The translations under genes were made by a program, and so were the position numbers. Of a DNA stretch of 64,000 nt, positions 15,337-28,594 are shown in pieces (position 1 is the first letter of the stretch; every line of letters starts with the position of its first letter). The notes under the pieces were generated by a model that saw only the letters and a program-made list of their open reading frames with translations, was not told the origin of the DNA and made no database searches. This stretch comes from Octopus vulgaris (taxonomy: Eukaryota). Location of the stretch: NCBI GenBank assembly GCA_951406725.2, contig OX597832.1, positions 12,090,001 through 12,154,000 of the forward strand, written 5' to 3'.

Positions 15337-15499
15337 TTTTCTTTTCTTTTTTTTTCTTTTGCTTCTAGGTAAGTGTATCTTCTATTTATCATTTTGTGTG
15401 TTCGTTCGTCCATCCAACCTCGCAACGACGAATTGTCCAGAAGTGGTGGCAGAAGACACATGACTAGAAAGCTCGTTAATTCAAAGCCAGAAGGTATGT
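15337..15499 (+). other. Candidate recursive splice site (AG|GTAAGT) with 125-nt RS-exon 15369-15493
   Basis: About 30-nt polypyrimidine tract, then gcttctAG (15367-68) immediately followed by GTAAGT (15369-74); downstream donor aag|GTATGT at 15494. Confidence 0.5.
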
Positions 15500-16169
15500 G
15501 ACGATTATATCATTTAGTTATTGTAACTTTATTGTAAACGTTGCAATGTTATAAAAGTGATTCTAGCTGCAGGTGTATCTCAGACAATGTACAGGTTACA
15601 AACTTCTTTGGAACTTGCTATTCTATCAACAATTTCAATTTGAAATCCATACAAACTATACTGGCAATAATGATTATTTATAAGCCACGCCCATAAACAT
15701 TAGAATTGCAGCACGTAATTCCCTTTCTTATAAGCACATTTCGTAATTTGAGTTTGCACAATGGCTGTATATTGGCATTACAGTTATATAAGTTAAAACA
15801 GCTGACAAAAGATTTTGGTTGCGACTACTTGCGTTTTGATTTCAACTCGTTTCAAGGTAGTATTTAATTTTTATAATTGGCTGGTAGATAAAAATGTACT
15901 AATGACGTTTAATTTTCGTGCACTATACACTTCGGCAAAAATGGACAGTCTTTAACAATAATTAACACTGAAAACAGAAAAAAAAGCTGTCATTTTAGAG
16001 ACATATGTTAAGGAGCCACATATATTCGTATTCTTTGACATCTATAAGGCTGAAATCATATGTACATAGGAGAGAGCCTTGTAGATTGAGGTTCAGCCAC
16101 AAGCGCACGTAAACTCACAGGGCAGGCCACATATCCATATATATATGTGTGTGTGTGTGTGTGTATGAT

Positions 16170-16436
16170 GGACTCTCCCATCCAAGACGATGTATGAGCA
16201 TTCAGCTTTTGCCGAACTACCTGCACAAATAATTTGTTTATAGTGATCAAATGTCTGTGTTGCGTATTAATTCACGCTATCCATCAAATCGACGCTGTTT
16301 TAACACGCGCAGCACGCGTCAGGTGTCGAAGTGATCGCAGTACTATGTGAGAAGTATTTTGTTCAAGAACACCACGCATAAATGAAATCACGATCACTAG
16401 ATCGTGAGAGCCATGCCCTAACCACTAAGCCACATC
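16170..16436 (-). mobile_element. SINE family C-related (tRNA head plus CORE-like body), diverged
   Basis: Reverse complement begins gatgtggcttagtggttagggc and contains ttcttgaacaaaatactt, similar to 55954-56294. Confidence 0.55.
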
Positions 16437-16453
16437 AATATATATATATATGT

Positions 16454-16684
16454 TTTTCTTTTATTCTTTTACTTGTTTCAATCATTTGACTGTGGGCATG
16501 CTGGAGCCCCGCATTTAGTCGAGCAAATCGACCCCAAGGCTTATTCTTTGTAAGCCTAGTACTTATATCGGTCACTTTTGCCGAACCACTAAGTTATGCG
16601 GACGTAAACACACCAGCATCGGTTGTTCAGCGATGTTGGGGGGACAAGCGCAGACATACACACACACACGCACACACACGTGCG

Positions 16685-16722
<38 letters not shown>

Positions 16723-16801
16723 AGGGTCTTTCAGTTTCTGTCTACCAAATCCACTCACAAGGCTTTGGCCGGCCCGAGGCTTATAGTTGAAGACACTTGC
16801 C
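16454..16801 (-). mobile_element. SINE family A, 5'-truncated
   Basis: Reverse complement of ggcaagtgtctt...cgggccg..accaaagccttgtgagtggatttggtagac, an internal (TA)/(TG) tract and the tail gactgaaacaagtaaaaga. Confidence 0.85.
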
Positions 16802-18616
16802 TATACATACGTATACATATATATACATATATATATATATTTTGTGTGCATATATACATACACACATACAGTTAGTTATATATGAATGTATTTTAGATAT
16901 TCCTGCAGTAAGCGTTCACATGCTGTAAAAGAGAGTTTCCCAAATCAGTGTTCATATTGTAGTTTCGATTCGATTATAGATTGCACCGCTGAGCATGCAT
17001 CGCTTCTTATTACATTCCATGTAATGGAAACATTTTCCACCCATTCACCTGCAGCCTCTTCTTTCCATTCTTTGCATCATGACATATGTGAAACTAAAGA
17101 CTCAGTTTTCGAGAACACCACATTTCAATTTGTGACATTATTGAAATCTGAAGTTCCATTAAACGAGTTAACACCCTGTCAACTGCATGGATCTCATAGC
17201 TCTCCATTCTGTTAATTACTTTCAGAAAATAATATGTATGTATATTAAAGAAGAAGAAAAAAACATGTTGAACATAATGCTATCGATATTCCATGTGACT
17301 GCAACAGCTTACAAATATTTCCTGGTTTTCTTTTTTTTTTATTTAATTTACAATTTTAAACGAGCATTAAATACATAAATATATAATTAGATAAATAATT
17401 TCTTTTTCCACACACTTAAAAAGAGTGTAAGGAATCGTTGTGACATGAATATTTTAAAATTAATTAGTTCCTCAAATATATTTTAAAAGCTTTTTAGAAG
17501 CGTTTATTCAATTTTTCACCTCTATAGAAAGTGTCAAAAATGGTTAGGGGCCTTAATGGTTTTCTCAGAAGTGTTCTCTCTGAAACGATTTTATATTCGA
17601 AAAGAAAACAAATGAAAAGGATAGAGAAGAGAAAAAGAAAAGAAGAGGCGTTAACAATCATAATTTCTAAATATCGAAGAACCGAGTGAGAAATTGTATC
17701 ATTTTGCTTGATGACGTAATGGAAACTCAATACCCAGATGTGTAAAAGAGGGACGGCAGAATCAGCAAAAGATTATTCATTCAATGAAGAGTGTAAGTAA
17801 TTGATTTAATATAATTCTTCATGAACAGCTGGCAAATACCGCATAAACAAACATCCGATCCAGTTTAATAATAAATAAAGCATAGACGTCCAACACCTGA
17901 TCATAAGAGCAACATTGATGCATTCTGAAAAACATTTGTGTGTTTAATATGTGCGTGATTGTATGTATTAGTGCATGTGTATCCACACGGTAAAACAAAA
18001 ATAGAAACACTTGCGCGTACACAGCTCCGCAACATCATATTATGTGTAAGGAAAGTTTTTCTTCCTTTCGCTAATCCTTATTTACGTTCTCTGGCAATAT
18101 TATTTATACGCCATTTTACATAAAAATCTCTCATAAATCTCTCAAGAGATTTGAGCTCAAAGCATGGAGAGAAACTAGCCACATTTCAAGTTATTCCTAT
18201 AATTTCTATAAGGTGAATATATTTGTTTTCCTTATATGTTCATTAATCTAAAATACTTCGTGTTAGAGATATGAAACTCTTTACGCAGTTTATGCCGTTT
18301 CTTGCAGCGTAACGTATATGAAATTGCGTTCAAGATTTCTGTACACACACACACACATATTTATATATATATATTTATATATTCAGCATCATATGATTTA
18401 TCCAGTCTCGTGGATATAAAATTATTGATCGTGTGTAGGATGTTGTGTCCATACTTCTCAATCATAATTTATTATAGAGTACGGAAGATAAAATAATATT
18501 CTTAGCAAAATATATTGCCCCAGTATAGCAAAAGGAAATCTATCAACCCAGTCTTCGGCAAGTTCTGCTGACACCGTTCATTCCAAATATCATCTTAATG
18601 CAGTGATTGCTCCTAA

Positions 18617-18828
18617 GGCGTCGAACTGGTCGGATCGTTAGTACGTCAGATAAAATGCTTAGCAAAATTTATTTCTCCTTTACATACTGATTTCACATTC
18701 TGCCGAAGTGGACTTTACATTTGATCCTATTGGTTTCGATACAATAAGTGCTAATTGAACGCTGAGGTCAATGTAATCCACTTAACCCCTCACCCGAAAT
18801 TGCTGGCATTGTGCTAAATTTCAAATCT
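18617..18828 (+). mobile_element. SINE family B, diverged
   Basis: ggcgtcgaactggtcggatcgttag...aaatgcttagc...gccgaagtggacttt...gtcaatgtaatccact. Confidence 0.7.
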
Positions 18829-18840
18829 ACATAGACAATA

Positions 18841-19229
18841 TAAGTAGCTTGCTTACCAGCCATATGGTTCCGTGTTCATTCCCACTGTGTGGCACCTTGG
18901 GCAAGTGTCTTCTACTATAACCTCGGGCCGACCAAAGCCCTGCGAGAAGATTTGGTAAACAGAAACTGAAAGAAGCCTGTCGTATATATGTGTATATATA
19001 TATATGTTTGTGTGTGTATATGTTTGGGTGTCTGTGTTTCTCACCCAACATCACTTGACAACCAATAGCGGTGTGTTTACGTCCCCGTAACTTAGCGGTT
19101 CGGGAAAAGAGACCGATAGTATAAGTACTAGGCTTCCAAAGAATAAGTCCTGGGATTGATTTGCTCGACTAAAGGCAGTGCTCCAGCATGGCCGCAGTCA
19201 AATGACTGAAACAAGTAAAAGAGTAAAAC
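18841..19229 (+). mobile_element. SINE family A (tRNA head, CORE-like ccttgggcaagtg, internal microsatellite)
   Basis: Co-linear with 59131-59580 and with the reverse complements of 16454-16801 and 44838-45145. Confidence 0.9.
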
Positions 19230-20001
19230 AGCAATATAATGACCGCCACCATTATATTTTTAGTACATCGTCCCAAGTTTTGATTAATTTATTTGACTCT
19301 GTTCGCTAGTATTGCCTTCTTAATTTTATTGCAATGAAATATAATGCCGTTGCCATTTTAACTGGTTAGTGTTATTGTTCTTTACTCCAAAGTCAGGCGT
19401 GTTAGGGAAGACCTGTGTTGTAAATTATGCCATCATTACTAAAAATGTAGTATATTTTATATCATATTGGCTAAGATGTTAAAGTCTGAAATAGAGGAGA
19501 TTCGGTTAATAATTGTAATAGATGGACTGACCACGAAGAGGAATCCCAGTTTGTTGCTGTATTGTTGATGGAGCTGCTGGCCTCAGATCAGTTGTTCATT
19601 TGCTCCAATTGATTCCGGTCTCTAATAACCTAACGAAGTAGAATATCATGGTATAATATTTCTCTAATTTGTTGAAAATTAGCTAACTAAAAGCGATACG
19701 CATAAAGGAAACGTGTCAACCGATGGAACCAAATCAACAACATTGCATTTTGTTTATGTCAAGAAACTCCCCATCAGTATATTCGAAGAAAGTTTGAATT
19801 GCGATTCCTTCATAAATAATATATGTAGCTTTAAAGGATGGGTTTCCCTGCGGCTTCCAAGATTCGTGTTACAGGAATGATAATTACTCCTAGTTCGAAT
19901 CGAATCCAGAATTATGAAGGCATCTAGAAATAAGAAAATTAGACACTCTCTGGGTGGAGAGTAAAACTAACAAATACATACATACTTTCATACATACATA
20001 C

Positions 20002-20667
20002 ATTATTATGGCTGCCCCCTCGTTATCGAGTATGGCCATTGCACGAAGCTTAACTGTTACTGGTGCTGTGATCGAATGTGACTTTTTAGCCCAGCTAAAG
20101 ATCTACAATGTCTTGTACAGTTTTGGCAACTAAAACCTTTACCGGTAATAGCCGGCTGTAGTTGTAACTGGGTTTCATGTACCTTTGCATGTCGTTTAAG
20201 TCCTCCTGCCGAATTACACTCTCTTCCACATGCCCGAGAGATATGATTAGTATGGTGTGTTACACCACCACCACTGGCCAGGTTGTCACTCATCTGTCTC
20301 GTTTTATGACTACGAAGATGACTCATGAGTCCAACTTTACTGAGGCAGGGTCTTGCACATACATTGACTGGCAGAATCAAAGGAAGACCTTTCCCTTCTG
20401 GAAGTGTACCAGCGATGCCCTTCTTGGCATCCTTCCTTACTTTCTCATGTGCAACTCGAGATTTCTCAAACGTGGCTGTCCCCTCATGCACAATCCTTCT
20501 CCACTTGCTACGATCAATAGCTATGTCTTCCCATGTGTCAGGAGAGATGCAAGCATCTCTTAAGGAAGTCTTCAGCAAGTCCTTATACCTCTTTTTTGGT
20601 TTATGTGGAGGTCGTTCTCCTTTAGCTAACTCTCCATAAAAGAGTTGTTTTGGAATCCTTGAATCAT
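20002..20667 (-). mobile_element. 5'-truncated RTE-clade LINE: ORF C-terminus with three C2H2-like zinc fingers and a short 3' UTR
   Basis: ORF 20057-20671(-): RIPKQLFYGEL..G.R....PKKRYKD.LK..L....I....WE..A.DRSKWR..V..G...FE is the typical RTE post-RT region, followed by CARPCLSKVGLMSHLRSH, CGRECNSAGGLKRHAKVH and CQNCTRHCRSLAGLKSHIRSQH; ataataatg tail; inserted in (TACA)n. Confidence 0.9.
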
Positions 20668-20753
20668 ACATACCTACCTACCTAAATACATACATACATA
20701 CATACATACATACATACATACATACATACATACATACATACATACATACATAC
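20668..20753. repeat. (TACA)n microsatellite flanking the RTE
   Basis: Seen directly; continues on the other side at about 19974-20001. Confidence 0.9.
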
Positions 20754-22089
20754 AAGCAGATACACACTCAAATACTGATTATGTAATTTATTGTCAAGAA
20801 ATACATACAAAGGATATACGAGAACCCTATTTAATATTCACTGAGGACATTCCTTTTAGTCAAGAAATGCTTATTTAAAGTATTCAATAAAAAATACGGA
20901 AAACTTAATAATAAACTGCATACTCTCAAATCCTATTACACTGAAAATAAGTCAACTGTTTCCTCTAGTGAACAATAATATGGCTTTAAGACGAGAAAAT
21001 TTCCATTGTGTGATAACGGATTAGGTAAGCACTCAAACTGAGATAAGACAGGTGAAATATTTTCTCTCACATAAACGCTTTTCATTTGCTTTTAAACAAT
21101 GACAGATGAATCCTTAAACATTTCCAGAAAATACTGTATGCGGTCACAACGTGAATGTCATAGCTACGCATTTCAAGCTTCCTTCAACCAAATTTACAAA
21201 TAGACACAGAGAAACAAACAGGAATTAATACGTATAAAATTCATAAACGATGCCAAATATGAGCCACTGCATTTCAAATATGTTTTCAGTGCATATATTT
21301 ACTTCCTTGTTACTTCAGTATTATATTAAAGACCACAACGTTGGCTTGCTATGTGATTTAAATTATCATGGAAAAGAGCAACCTTGGTATAGTGAATAAG
21401 CGTACTTTAGGCGCCATTTTCGTAAACGTTATTCAAGAAACAAATTTACATCGGTGCAGTGGATTTCAATCGGGATCCAAATGGCCGTTGGAATTGGGTG
21501 AGCGGTGTCTAAGTAAAGTTTTGTTTCTGAAATTTAAGTTTACATTGTTTATACTCCTACAGTACAGAAAATATCACATTTTTATACAATCTCTAATAAT
21601 ATGTATAAGAGGGTCTATTTAAGTAAAATAGAAATCAGGGGGAAGGGAAAAAAGAGGGTTAAAAACCTCTGCATGGGGGGAAATATGAATTTAGATTCAT
21701 CACTTTCTTTTACCAAAATTGACAATATGTTTACAAATAGAAATTTACCTAGTTAATCTAGTAGAATTTACCCCTCCATTTCTTCATCCATTTGAAAGCC
21801 TTTTTTTTTTGGTTCATACCTTTCAGCATGGTGATAGAAATTTCAGAACAGTTGATGGTTCTAAAATTAGTAACATCATGTTCTCGGGAAAATTCTTTAC
21901 TACATTTTGAAATGAGAATTTGGGCCAAGCATAATTGTTTTCAGTTATTTGGCGTCGTTATGAGTTCAAATTAAACACAAAGGTTTTTAGGACTTGCATA
22001 GTTATAAATCATAAACTCACATCAGAGGAAATTCAATATCAAAATTCTTGGCATTTACGACAATGCTGGCATTATTAATTCAGTTAAAT

Positions 22090-22300
22090 AGGGCAGTGCA
22101 TTGGCAGAAAAAAATCAGAGCATCAGAAAACGTATTTCCAGTTACTTGTTCCGAGTATTTGCATTTTGATTTCCAGCTGAAGTCAACTTTAAATTTAAAT
22201 CTTCACTGTTGACAGAATTTTGCATCCATCATTTTCTAAGCTAGATTTAATCGACTAAACCCCTCATCAAAATGAATGCCGTTTGCTTTTATTAGAAAAT
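22090..22300 (+). mobile_element. SINE family B, highly diverged
   Basis: ggcagtgcattggcagaa...gctgaagtcaacttt...taatcgactaaacccctc. Confidence 0.5.
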
Positions 22301-22748
22301 AACTAATGCATTTAAGCGGTTTGGCATAAAGGCATTTTAGCAAGAGCTACGTATTTAAGATATTACTATAAACCGATATAATCATTGCATTTAGTGGGGA
22401 AGCTATGTGAAAGACAACTGTGAATATTATTAAGTCCAGCAGTTACTTCCTCTCATACATGAAGAATTTTCGTGAATAGCATTAGCCGTCGTGCTGCTTG
22501 CATTTCGTCAAATGAAACATTTTAGACGCGCATGACACCTCGAAAGCAATAACCTAGCATACGGTGATTACCACGAGTGAATGCTATATAAGCGATCTCG
22601 TAAAAGCTCGCGAAGCCAAGCCAAATGAGCGAAATGAAATACCAAGAAATTCTGTCTTCAATGGAGTGAATCGTCAGCCTCAACAAGCTTACACATCTAC
22701 AGAAATTCTTGATTATGTTTCTACTCTTCATAGTCCAGTATCTTTCTT

Positions 22749-22801
22749 TCTATCTATCTATCTATCTATCTACCTACCTACCTACCTGCCTGCCTGCCTA
22801 C

Positions 22802-22894
<93 letters not shown>

Positions 22895-22909
22895 CATGTA
22901 TCTATCTAA

Positions 22910-22969
<60 letters not shown>

Positions 22970-22976
22970 GTAGCTT

Positions 22977-23013
<37 letters not shown>

Positions 23014-23191
23014 ATATATATATATATATATATATATAGATATATAGATAGATAGATAGATACACACACACAGACTAGCATACACATGTATATCTATGTG
23101 TATATATTTATATACATATATACATGCATACACTTTTACATATATCCACGCCCACATACAATCGCACGCCTATACATACATACATTACATT

Positions 23192-23222
<31 letters not shown>

Positions 23223-23230
23223 TTTACATA
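22749..23230. repeat. (TCTA)n/(TC)n/(TA)n/(GATA)n/(CA)n compound microsatellite
   Basis: Seen directly. Confidence 0.9.
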
Positions 23231-23928
23231 TGTCATTGTTAAGTTTGAAGTTCAGAAAAAACTACAACATGTACTCTAGCATTTGAGCTTCGTGCATAAC
23301 ACTTGTCAATATATACATTTATCCGACCTTCCATATCATTGATAACTTATTAAATTTCCCTGTGAATTAGCTTTATATTTTAATACTTCGATTTCGGTTC
23401 GTTCGCATAATATTACTTATTCATTTCACTTAATTTTGTTCTTTTCTTTCTTTTACATTTACACTCTATAAAATCAGAGAACAGGGAAATGGCATATAAT
23501 CTGAATTATTGATTGATATTATATCTAATAAAATAATTAAATACATGTGATTATATAGCCGGAGAATTAATGAGACTTAACGTTGCAATTAATGTTGAGG
23601 TTTATATTCTTGTTTTGTTTTTGTTTTATTCACAGTATCGTTTTCTCACAACACATAATAGCTTCAAAATTAATAACATCATTTAATTGTATTGCATAGC
23701 TTCAGCATTATCTACTGTGGAAGCATTTTTAATAATTGAACATTTTCATTTTTATTAATTATGCCAATGAACATTGCATAGCAAGAAAGCAAGAAATTCC
23801 TGCCAAAGGGCTATGCAATGGATAATTAAAACAAATAAATTATACATCTGAATTCTTGCATACATACATAGAGATGCACATACACACACACATATATGCA
23901 TATTTGTATAAATACAAATATATACAAA

Positions 23929-23980
<52 letters not shown>

Positions 23981-26506
23981 TAAATACATACACTCATGCA
24001 CACACACACACATATATCGTAGAGAAAACGGAACTAATTGCTTAATATCTTTATCGTTATACAGTAATATTATATATGGCCATTTTTAAATGTGATAAAT
24101 ATATATGATTAGGATTACCAGTTATATTACAATATGTTATGGTTTGTTTTGTATTAATTTTCTTTATTTCTTTCTTTGATTTTTTCTTATATCTCTCTTT
24201 CACGCTTATTTAAATCTCGTACGATGCTTATTACTAACTTTCACCTCTTATACATCTGTATGATAGTGTACCTTAATCAAATCCTCTGAATATTCATATA
24301 ATCCTATTTAGATGACATCCTATAATTTGAGAAAGAAGAGAGTTCTGACATAATTATAATCTTTTTAGAAAAGGGGAAAAAGGCTCACTAACAATCATAT
24401 ATTTATGAATTATAACGAAACGAAATATAAAAACTATATAAAGCAAATGTGGACTATTCGACAAATAACAAATGAATAATTACAAAATCATTTTAAGATT
24501 ATTTTCTGTGAGTTCAAATCTTCTAGAAGAAACTGACTGTCCGCATTATACTTATTGATACTGATTGTTGATCAACTACGATAGGGCAGCGCTGTGTTCA
24601 AAACTATTCGAGCAGCAACCATTTTATATTTTATTCTAGTCTGTCCTCTACATTTTTAGTATTTTCCTTCGTTTCTTATTTGACGTAGAAGAGGGTATTC
24701 CGGGAGAGATTTATCAACTATTGCTTTTGTTGTTGGACTGCAATTATTAACATTTGTTTGCGGCATAACTTCAACAAGCATAAGTTCCGACTTAGCATGT
24801 GTTACTGTATTTTCACAACAGAAATATTGAAGAAAATGTATCTTGGATATATTGTCGAGGAGTGTCAAAACCTTACGACTTTCCTATTCTTCTTCTTGAG
24901 GAGAGAGGGAAAGACTGTTTTTGAGTCAGTGAACTGATGGGCAAATAACTTTCAAACTGTGACCAACAAATCATTACTAATTTTAAAATGTGGAGTATAA
25001 TTCAAGATATTTTATTGCTTTATTACAAAGAGATCAAATGTGGTGTGGCTCCACTAATGGCGCATATATACGAGAAACGCTATGGTGTAAACAGGGCGGT
25101 ATCCTTTATGGATCGTGCCATATATAATTTTCAAACGTTCCTGATGCTCCTACTTAGAAATGCCTTTTCGCTAGAGCTATCGATGTGAAATAAGAGATAT
25201 GATGTTTATGTATTTCCTAATACATAACTCAAAGATATGACTTAAGGTTTAAGCTGAAGCTGTATATATTTGGTTGTGTAGTGTTCAATCCTAGGCTGTA
25301 AATAATAGTGATATCTCATTTTCATAAAATGCCGATGAAATGTATTTAAGAAACATATGTGTAAGCCTTAATCATATTTCAATTATGAGGAAAATTAAAT
25401 GCACTTAATCAATATTTGAGAAGACCTAAATAATTACTTTCAGTATTAAGTAATGTATTACTCGGGGCAATACATAAATATTGACGTCGAAAGAGTGTCT
25501 TATATGAAGTAGAATATGTCCCTATATATCTACTAGACGTTAAATGTATCTCATTAGTAAAGTGCTTCATAGTAAGTATGATATTGTGAAGTTTAGCTGT
25601 CGAATGCGTGTCTTTGATAGGACTGAGGTTTCAGTGCGCAAAATTGTTAAAGATTTTGCACATGGAAATAGCGATTTGGAGATTAAGGTTTGTTTCGTGA
25701 AGGACTCCGGCGGATGTTGGTTACGTCAAAGATGGCGTAACGCAATGAACTTTCTGTAGAACGTCCCAAGCTAGAGCAACAGAATAACCATCTCATGACA
25801 TATCATTGAAACGGAATGCAACTTCAGCTTGGAATGTACATTTTAGGTTTAATAGAATAAGTGACACAATTTCACATATTCTCTTGGTTCTTTATTGATT
25901 TTGTTGTTTGCTTAAATAGGCAAATAAGAAAGTGTATGATAAATCAGATTCTTAACAATAAATCGCATTAAACAGATAGACGATCAATGATATACGAACA
26001 AGATTATCTTGTCTTATATGAAATTAAAGCGTCCACTAACCAAGATGTTTAAATACGTTATGTGTCACTGCTAAAACTTGGCGTATATGTCTACCAGACT
26101 GAAAGACTACTTACAAAGTCTCTCATTGACTCCATGATAAATTAAAATGGAGGTTAGATTTAAACGGCGATGCAATTCTAAAATTGTGTTAACTCATTAA
26201 TGCTTCTAACTTAAATTGCTAGCTGCAAAAATCTATTATTTCTTATATTATCTCATTGATTACTTCTAGAGAGTTACAAAACCAAATAACGATTTCTTAA
26301 TATAACAAGATGGTAAATAATAGAGAGGGATTTATACGATTGATTTGGTCGCAAAATTAGCACAGACACATTTCATAATCTAAACCCTAGAGGGGAACAT
26401 AATTAGATTTCTCACTGATTGTCTCTACCTATCTACTCCCAGATAACAACACCCTACTCTACCAAATAACCTCCATGTATCCACCTACTCAACACAAGCA
26501 CACATT

Positions 26507-26615
26507 TCTTCTTTTTTTCTTTCTTCTTCTTCTTCCTCTTCTTCTTTTTCTTCTTCTTCTTCTTCTTCTTCTTCTTCTTCTTCTTCTTCTTCTACTACTA
26601 CTACTACCATTGTCG

Positions 26616-26648
<33 letters not shown>

Positions 26649-26765
26649 AACGTAGTGTTAATTGCAGTATTAGTAGTAGTAGAAGAAGAAGAAGAAGAAG
26701 AAGAAGAAAGAGAAAACGAAGAAAGGAGTAGTAGTAGTAGTTACTGTTGTTATTGTTGTTACCAT
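26507..26765. repeat. (CTT)n-(CTA)n...(TAG)n-(AAG)n trinucleotide block
   Basis: Seen directly; the two halves are mutually complementary. Confidence 0.9.
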
Positions 26766-27788
26766 ATAGATTCTGACTGAGGCACCATACATGTGGAGTT
26801 GAGTGGCGAGTGTCTAGTTAATAATATCGAGCCACCATGATGAGAACTACAGTGAGAATTCTCCTTATTTAATACATTTCTCATCTTCCACCACCACCAC
26901 CACCACAACCATCTTCTTCTTCTTCTTCTTCTTCTTGTTCGTCATCCTTACTTCTTGCTGAGTTCTTCCTTTTCTGTCTCTTTGTCTTTTTCCCATGTTG
27001 ACTGCAGAGAAAATTTACGCCGTACTCGATGTCCTTCAAAACTAATAATAACTCAGATCATTCGATTATTGTCACTACAGTATCTTAATTTTTACAAACG
27101 ATGCACCGTATGATATATAGTTTTTGAAGATTTGGGCACGTCTGGAATGCCTTTCTTCTTCATCGCTGAGAAGGACAGAAGAGCCACAATTATTAGAGTA
27201 AACGGTGAATAATTGACTTAATTTTATGGTACGGTTTGCTTTTATGTTATTCGTCCCCACGAAGAAAAATAATGCAAAATCAGAAACCGTGGTATTTGAA
27301 CTTGGAGATTTAGGTAGTAAATGCCATAACTATCTACTCACTGCTTTTAATTGATTATTCTATTAAACACACAGTATATTTCGAAACAATCTGATCACAG
27401 AGTAATCATTTTATACCTCATTTTATAACCTAACGGATATGCATTTCAAACTTCAAGAAGAATTAAATGGCGGAAGTGATTTTAATAATTCATAGGAACT
27501 TCAGCCAACGAAGCGAATTTAAAGACTAGATGAGAGCGGTCTTTCCAATTGAATGTATTATATAATAACCATGAGTGGGCTACAGGTGAACTGTTGATAA
27601 ATGCATATTACTAAATCAATCTCCGGTATTTAAATATGTGTGATTCATCCAGCATAGCATCGGAGATATTCGATAAATGATACGTTAGTTCGAAATAATA
27701 ATATACGCATGGATTTAGATTAGCAGGATCGATAGAGCTTCGGAAATATGCTTTGTGCCTTTTCGATACAGTCATTTACAATCTACAT

Positions 27789-27966
27789 ACTTATGCCGCC
27801 AAGGTTCTCTTTGAATGATTACCAGTTGAGTATTGAAGTGGTTATCGGTTGAGTATGTCACCTGTGCCTAGTAGTAGGACCGATTGCTTAGTTCTGAGCC
27901 AAACAATGAAGACTAGAGAGGCCTAAAGTTTCAGCTGCCGAAACAACATGTACTTAAATGATCATT
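27789..27966 (+). repeat. About 180-bp direct repeat, copy 1
   Basis: Near-identical to 28595-28776. Confidence 0.9.
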
Positions 27967-28594
27967 TTCATAATGCTATCCAAAGAAAGTATTAAGTAAA
28001 AATTTTTTTAAAAATAAAAAAAAAATGCTTAGCACCACATCCAATGACAGAACGCGTTATAAAATCACTCAATCATTCAGAAACAACTACCAGCTTATAC
28101 TTTAATGAAAATTTGTCACCTTAAGAAAAGATGCGAATAAATCATAAGATGGTGCTTTGATGATGTTTGAAAATCCAAGCTTAAATTAGAAAGGGAGTAA
28201 AAATCACAACTTGCATATCTTAGTCCATAACTCGCTCAGCTTCCAGGTAAAACAAATGTATATAACAACATTATGAACATCAAACACACATTTTGATATT
28301 ACACACGTTACTTTTCCCTAATTCTCAATAGCTTGTGTTATCAAAAAAGCAGAGCTCGACAATTCTGTACTATCAAGCTATCCATTCACCTTCCCCGCCC
28401 ACTATTCCAAGGAAGGTTTTGGGGGTTGTGTCAATCAGAAACAATCGTAATTCGACTTTCGGACTGGGTTCCTAAGCGTGAACAACTGAGACTGAAAATA
28501 TCCAACCATTTCGTTCTTGGTCGTTGGCTCGCCTTGAAAAATCCATGTTGCGATTCTTTTTGGCGGTATTCCACACGAATATCAGTTGCCCCGG

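Noticed and set aside
22575-22620. TATA-like gctatataagcg in unique sequence
   Set aside because: Expected by chance in AT-rich DNA; no supporting exon
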